Assembly: GCA_038065695.1 (NCBI GenBank)
Contig: JBBTQN010000017.1
Location: 1-56,602, forward strand
Origin: Patescibacteria group bacterium
GTDB taxonomy: Bacteria > Patescibacteriota > Patescibacteriia > 2-01-FULL-39-33
DNA: 56,602 nucleotides
Direction: 5' to 3'
A program made the position numbers and the translations under genes. The notes under the pieces were generated by a model. The model saw only the letters and a list, made by a program, of their open reading frames with translations, did not search any database and was not told the DNA's origin. Shown here one piece after another: positions 54,018 through 56,602 of the stretch. How positions within the stretch are numbered: the first letter of the stretch is position 1; every line of letters begins with the position of its first letter.

Positions 54018-54269
54018 TTATCCCCTCTTCTCTTCTTTTAATAATTTCACTTTTCTTTTCGCGCCCCGATTATAGCCGACGGCTTTTCCATCCGAGCGGA
54101 CGACGCGGTGGCAAGGGATTTTCGGGTCGTAATTTTTGTTCAAGATGTTGCCGACAGCGCGATAGGCCTTTGGCCGGCCGGCGCGCTTCGCCACCTCTTT
54201 GTAGGTCATCGTCTCCCCTCGCGGAATCTTGGCCACAACCGAGAGGACTTTTTGAAAAAAATTATTCAT
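54018..54269 (-). CDS. MGMT/Ogt-family DNA-binding domain protein
   Basis: IPRGETMTYKEVA, RAVG, IPCHRVV. Confidence 0.93.
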   Translation of the reverse strand: MNNFFQKVLSVVAKIPRGETMTYKEVAKRAGRPKAYRAVGNILNKNYDPKIPCHRVVRSDGKAVGYNRGAKRKVKLLKEEKRG

Positions 54270-54453
54270 TTCGGTGTGCGTTCGAAAAAATTCGAACAGA
54301 TTTCGCCCAAAATTTGTAGGGCGGGCGGAATTCCCCCCAAACCCCCCTTCCGCCCGCCCGCAGAAGCGACCCTTTCGAATTGGACGATTTCAAGTTTTTC
54401 GTTCCGCTTTTAGCGGAACTCCAAGCTTTGCTCGGTTTGGCGGCAAATTCTTT

Positions 54454-56232
54454 TTATCCTTTTGTTAGTATATCAGGTTCTTTCTGTCTGAGAAAATCTT
54501 GGAACAATCCTTTTTGGTTCGCCAGCTCATCATATTTTCCCTGTTGCACAATTTTTCCTTTTTCAAAAACCAAAATTCTATCGCTATTTTTGAGCGTTGT
54601 CAGTCGGTGAGCAATTGTAATGGTCGTCTTATCTTTGAACAATTGCTCAATGTTTCTTTGGATTTTGGTTTCGTTTGTGTTATCAAGGGCAGAAGTCGCC
54701 TCGTCAAGTATCAACAACTCTGGCGATTTGAGTATCAATCGTGCAATAGCGAGTCGCTGTTTCTGTCCACCGCTCAAATTATTTCCATTCTCGGCGACTC
54801 TGCCCGGTAGTCCTCCAAGCGAATTTTTTATCTCCTCATATAAATTCGCTAGTTTTGCCGCTCTAACAACTTCTTCATCGCCTATATTTTCTCGCTCGCA
54901 ACCATAGACGATGTTGTCTCGTATCGAACCCGAAAATATATGCGTCTTTTGTGGCACATAGGCGATACAGTCCGCAATTTCCTCTCTACTTACCGTGTCC
55001 AAATTCTTGCCAAAAATTTCTACCTTTCCGGAATAGCTATGCACCAATCGTAATAGAATTTTTATGAGCGTAGATTTACCGCAACCAGACGCACCAGCTA
55101 TGCCGATTTTCTCTCCGTTCTTGATAACGAAATTGATGTCTTGCAAAACTGGCGAATTTTCATATTTGAAAGATAGCTTACTTATCTCTATTGCATCGAT
55201 GTTGTTTGAGTCAAATCTTTCCTTACCCTGTGCCTGGAAAGAAATATCTCTCGGCTGATTGAGCAAGTCATACAAATCATTTACCCTAATTGAACTTTCG
55301 TGAGCTTCATCAAGTATTCTATGAATTTCACGCAAAGGTCCCGTTATACTCATAAACAAAATGGAGTAAACAAGAATATCACCTTTTGTGATTATTCCCT
55401 GTGCCGCGAGAAAAATTGAAAGAGAAATTACTAGGACATAGAAAAATGCCTCATTGAGGTATTTTCCGGAATCAAACAACGCCATGAAAATATGATGCCG
55501 GATTTCTTTTTTTCGCATTGCTTCGGCGACTTCTTCAACTTTCGCCACTTCTTGATTTTCAGTATTCAACGCTCGTACTGTTTCTATACCGCCAAGCATT
55601 TCAACGACCGCGCCGTCAATTTTTTCCTTTCCACGCAATAGTGCGACTCTTATTCCTTTCTGCGAGGAAACCTGCCACACGATGATAAAAAGCCCCACCG
55701 GAATTACCAAAACCATTACGCTAGCCAGCAATGGTTTTTGAGTTAGTGCGATAGCAATTGCGGCTAGTCCGCTGAAGAAAACCGGAAAAAAATCTAGAAA
55801 TCCGAGTTTGATAATTTTTATCATTCCTTGAATTGATCTAAAAATTCTTCCATGCAAAGAGCCAATTTGTTGTTGATTGATGTTTGCAATATCTGTTTTG
55901 AGTAAATGTTCAATGACATTCACCGTCTGCTTTTTGTCAGTTTGTGTCGCCACATTTTCAACAAAATATTTCCTCACAATAGTTAGAGCTTCGCGTACAA
56001 GAATTATGCCGATTATCAAAGCGATAAACGGGATCGCAATACTCAAATCAAAATTTTCTGCCCCGACAAGCTTATCCACCAAACGTCCCAAAATGACGGC
56101 GGGCAAGTTGGTGAGAACTCCGGTAATGAGCATAAGAATAGACGCAAAAACTAGCGCGGTTTTCTCGGGCTTTTCCATAAGCCGCAAAGTGCGCCTGAAT
56201 CCGTTTAGTATTTCGGAAAATTCTTTGTTCAT
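54454..56232 (-). CDS. ABC exporter, fused permease/ATPase
   Basis: TM domain; GASGCGKST, LSGGQKQR, LILDEATSALD, IAHRL. Confidence 0.95.
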   Translation of the reverse strand: MNKEFSEILNGFRRTLRLMEKPEKTALVFASILMLITGVLTNLPAVILGRLVDKLVGAENFDLSIAIPFIALIIGIILVREALTIVRKYFVENVATQTDKKQTVNVIEHLLKTDIANINQQQIGSLHGRIFRSIQGMIKIIKLGFLDFFPVFFSGLAAIAIALTQKPLLASVMVLVIPVGLFIIVWQVSSQKGIRVALLRGKEKIDGAVVEMLGGIETVRALNTENQEVAKVEEVAEAMRKKEIRHHIFMALFDSGKYLNEAFFYVLVISLSIFLAAQGIITKGDILVYSILFMSITGPLREIHRILDEAHESSIRVNDLYDLLNQPRDISFQAQGKERFDSNNIDAIEISKLSFKYENSPVLQDINFVIKNGEKIGIAGASGCGKSTLIKILLRLVHSYSGKVEIFGKNLDTVSREEIADCIAYVPQKTHIFSGSIRDNIVYGCERENIGDEEVVRAAKLANLYEEIKNSLGGLPGRVAENGNNLSGGQKQRLAIARLILKSPELLILDEATSALDNTNETKIQRNIEQLFKDKTTITIAHRLTTLKNSDRILVFEKGKIVQQGKYDELANQKGLFQDFLRQKEPDILTKG

Positions 56233-56236
56233 AGGC

Positions 56237-56452
56237 TTATTTCATTAAATCATCAAGACTAATTCCTAATCCTTTAGCAATCTTCATAACTGTTTGAATT
56301 GAGGGCTTGGTGATGACATTTGTTTCAATCTTGGTCAGCGTTGTGTAGGGAAGATCGGATTTTCTTGCCAATTCGTCCTGCGTTAATCCCTGCTTATTTC
56401 TAAGTTGTTTTATCTTATCCCCAATAGTTTCGTTATTGTTTTGACTTTTCAT
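56237..56452 (-). CDS. XRE-family HTH regulator
   Basis: IGDKIKQLRNKQGLTQDELA...TLTKIE...PSIQTV.KIAKGL. Confidence 0.93.
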   Translation of the reverse strand: MKSQNNNETIGDKIKQLRNKQGLTQDELARKSDLPYTTLTKIETNVITKPSIQTVMKIAKGLGISLDDLMK

Positions 56453-56602
56453 AGTTTCCTAAGTATGATAGTATTAGTATGGGTGCTTATCTAACCCTTC
56501 ATAAATATGATAGCAAATTTTATAAATTCAATCAAATTAAAAATGAAGAAAGCCCGCTTTTGGCCCAAAATGAAGTTCGAGCCGATATTTTTTCAGGTTC
56601 TT

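Noticed and set aside
1-56602. CRISPR array
   Set aside because: No regularly spaced 25-45 bp direct repeats with unique spacers, and no cas genes

Overview
56.6 kb of bacterial chromosome that looks like a Patescibacteria (CPR; Parcubacteria/ABY1-like) genome read in code 11. The taxonomy is inferred from gene content and style, not from a search. The housekeeping backbone mostly lacks Shine-Dalgarno (SD) sequences: a type IV pilus cluster (pilB, pilC, four pilin-like genes, pilMNO), an Rrf2/IscU/hemerythrin/cupin/NifU/IscS Fe-S operon, rpmA, pyrG, rplI, an S41 peptidase, murA, HIT, a GT-C glycosyltransferase, cvpA, metG, rsmI, a ZIP transporter, SPFH, tRNA-Asn, rpoD and dnaG. Inserted between these are self-contained accessory units with their own sigma70 promoter, a strong AGGAGG SD, often a boxA-like leader motif, and a terminator. 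They encode Ig/EG-repeat surface proteins, a GH113 lipoprotein, large purL, purM and small hypothetical proteins. Most notable: (1) a candidate standalone ~240-nt multi-stem RNA (1749-1989) between two related Ig proteins, which I cannot assign to a known class; (2) a DUF3800 gene with a convergent, promoter-driven ~65-nt structured RNA; (3) two AbrB-like paralogs and three copies of a 26-28 bp palindrome with compensatory changes, bracketing purL-purM; (4) a 47-bp identical boxA-containing leader shared by unrelated genes; (5) several families of palindromic and short-tandem elements, some inserted in frame in essential genes. No CRISPR array, rRNA, transposase, integrase or reverse transcriptase was seen.
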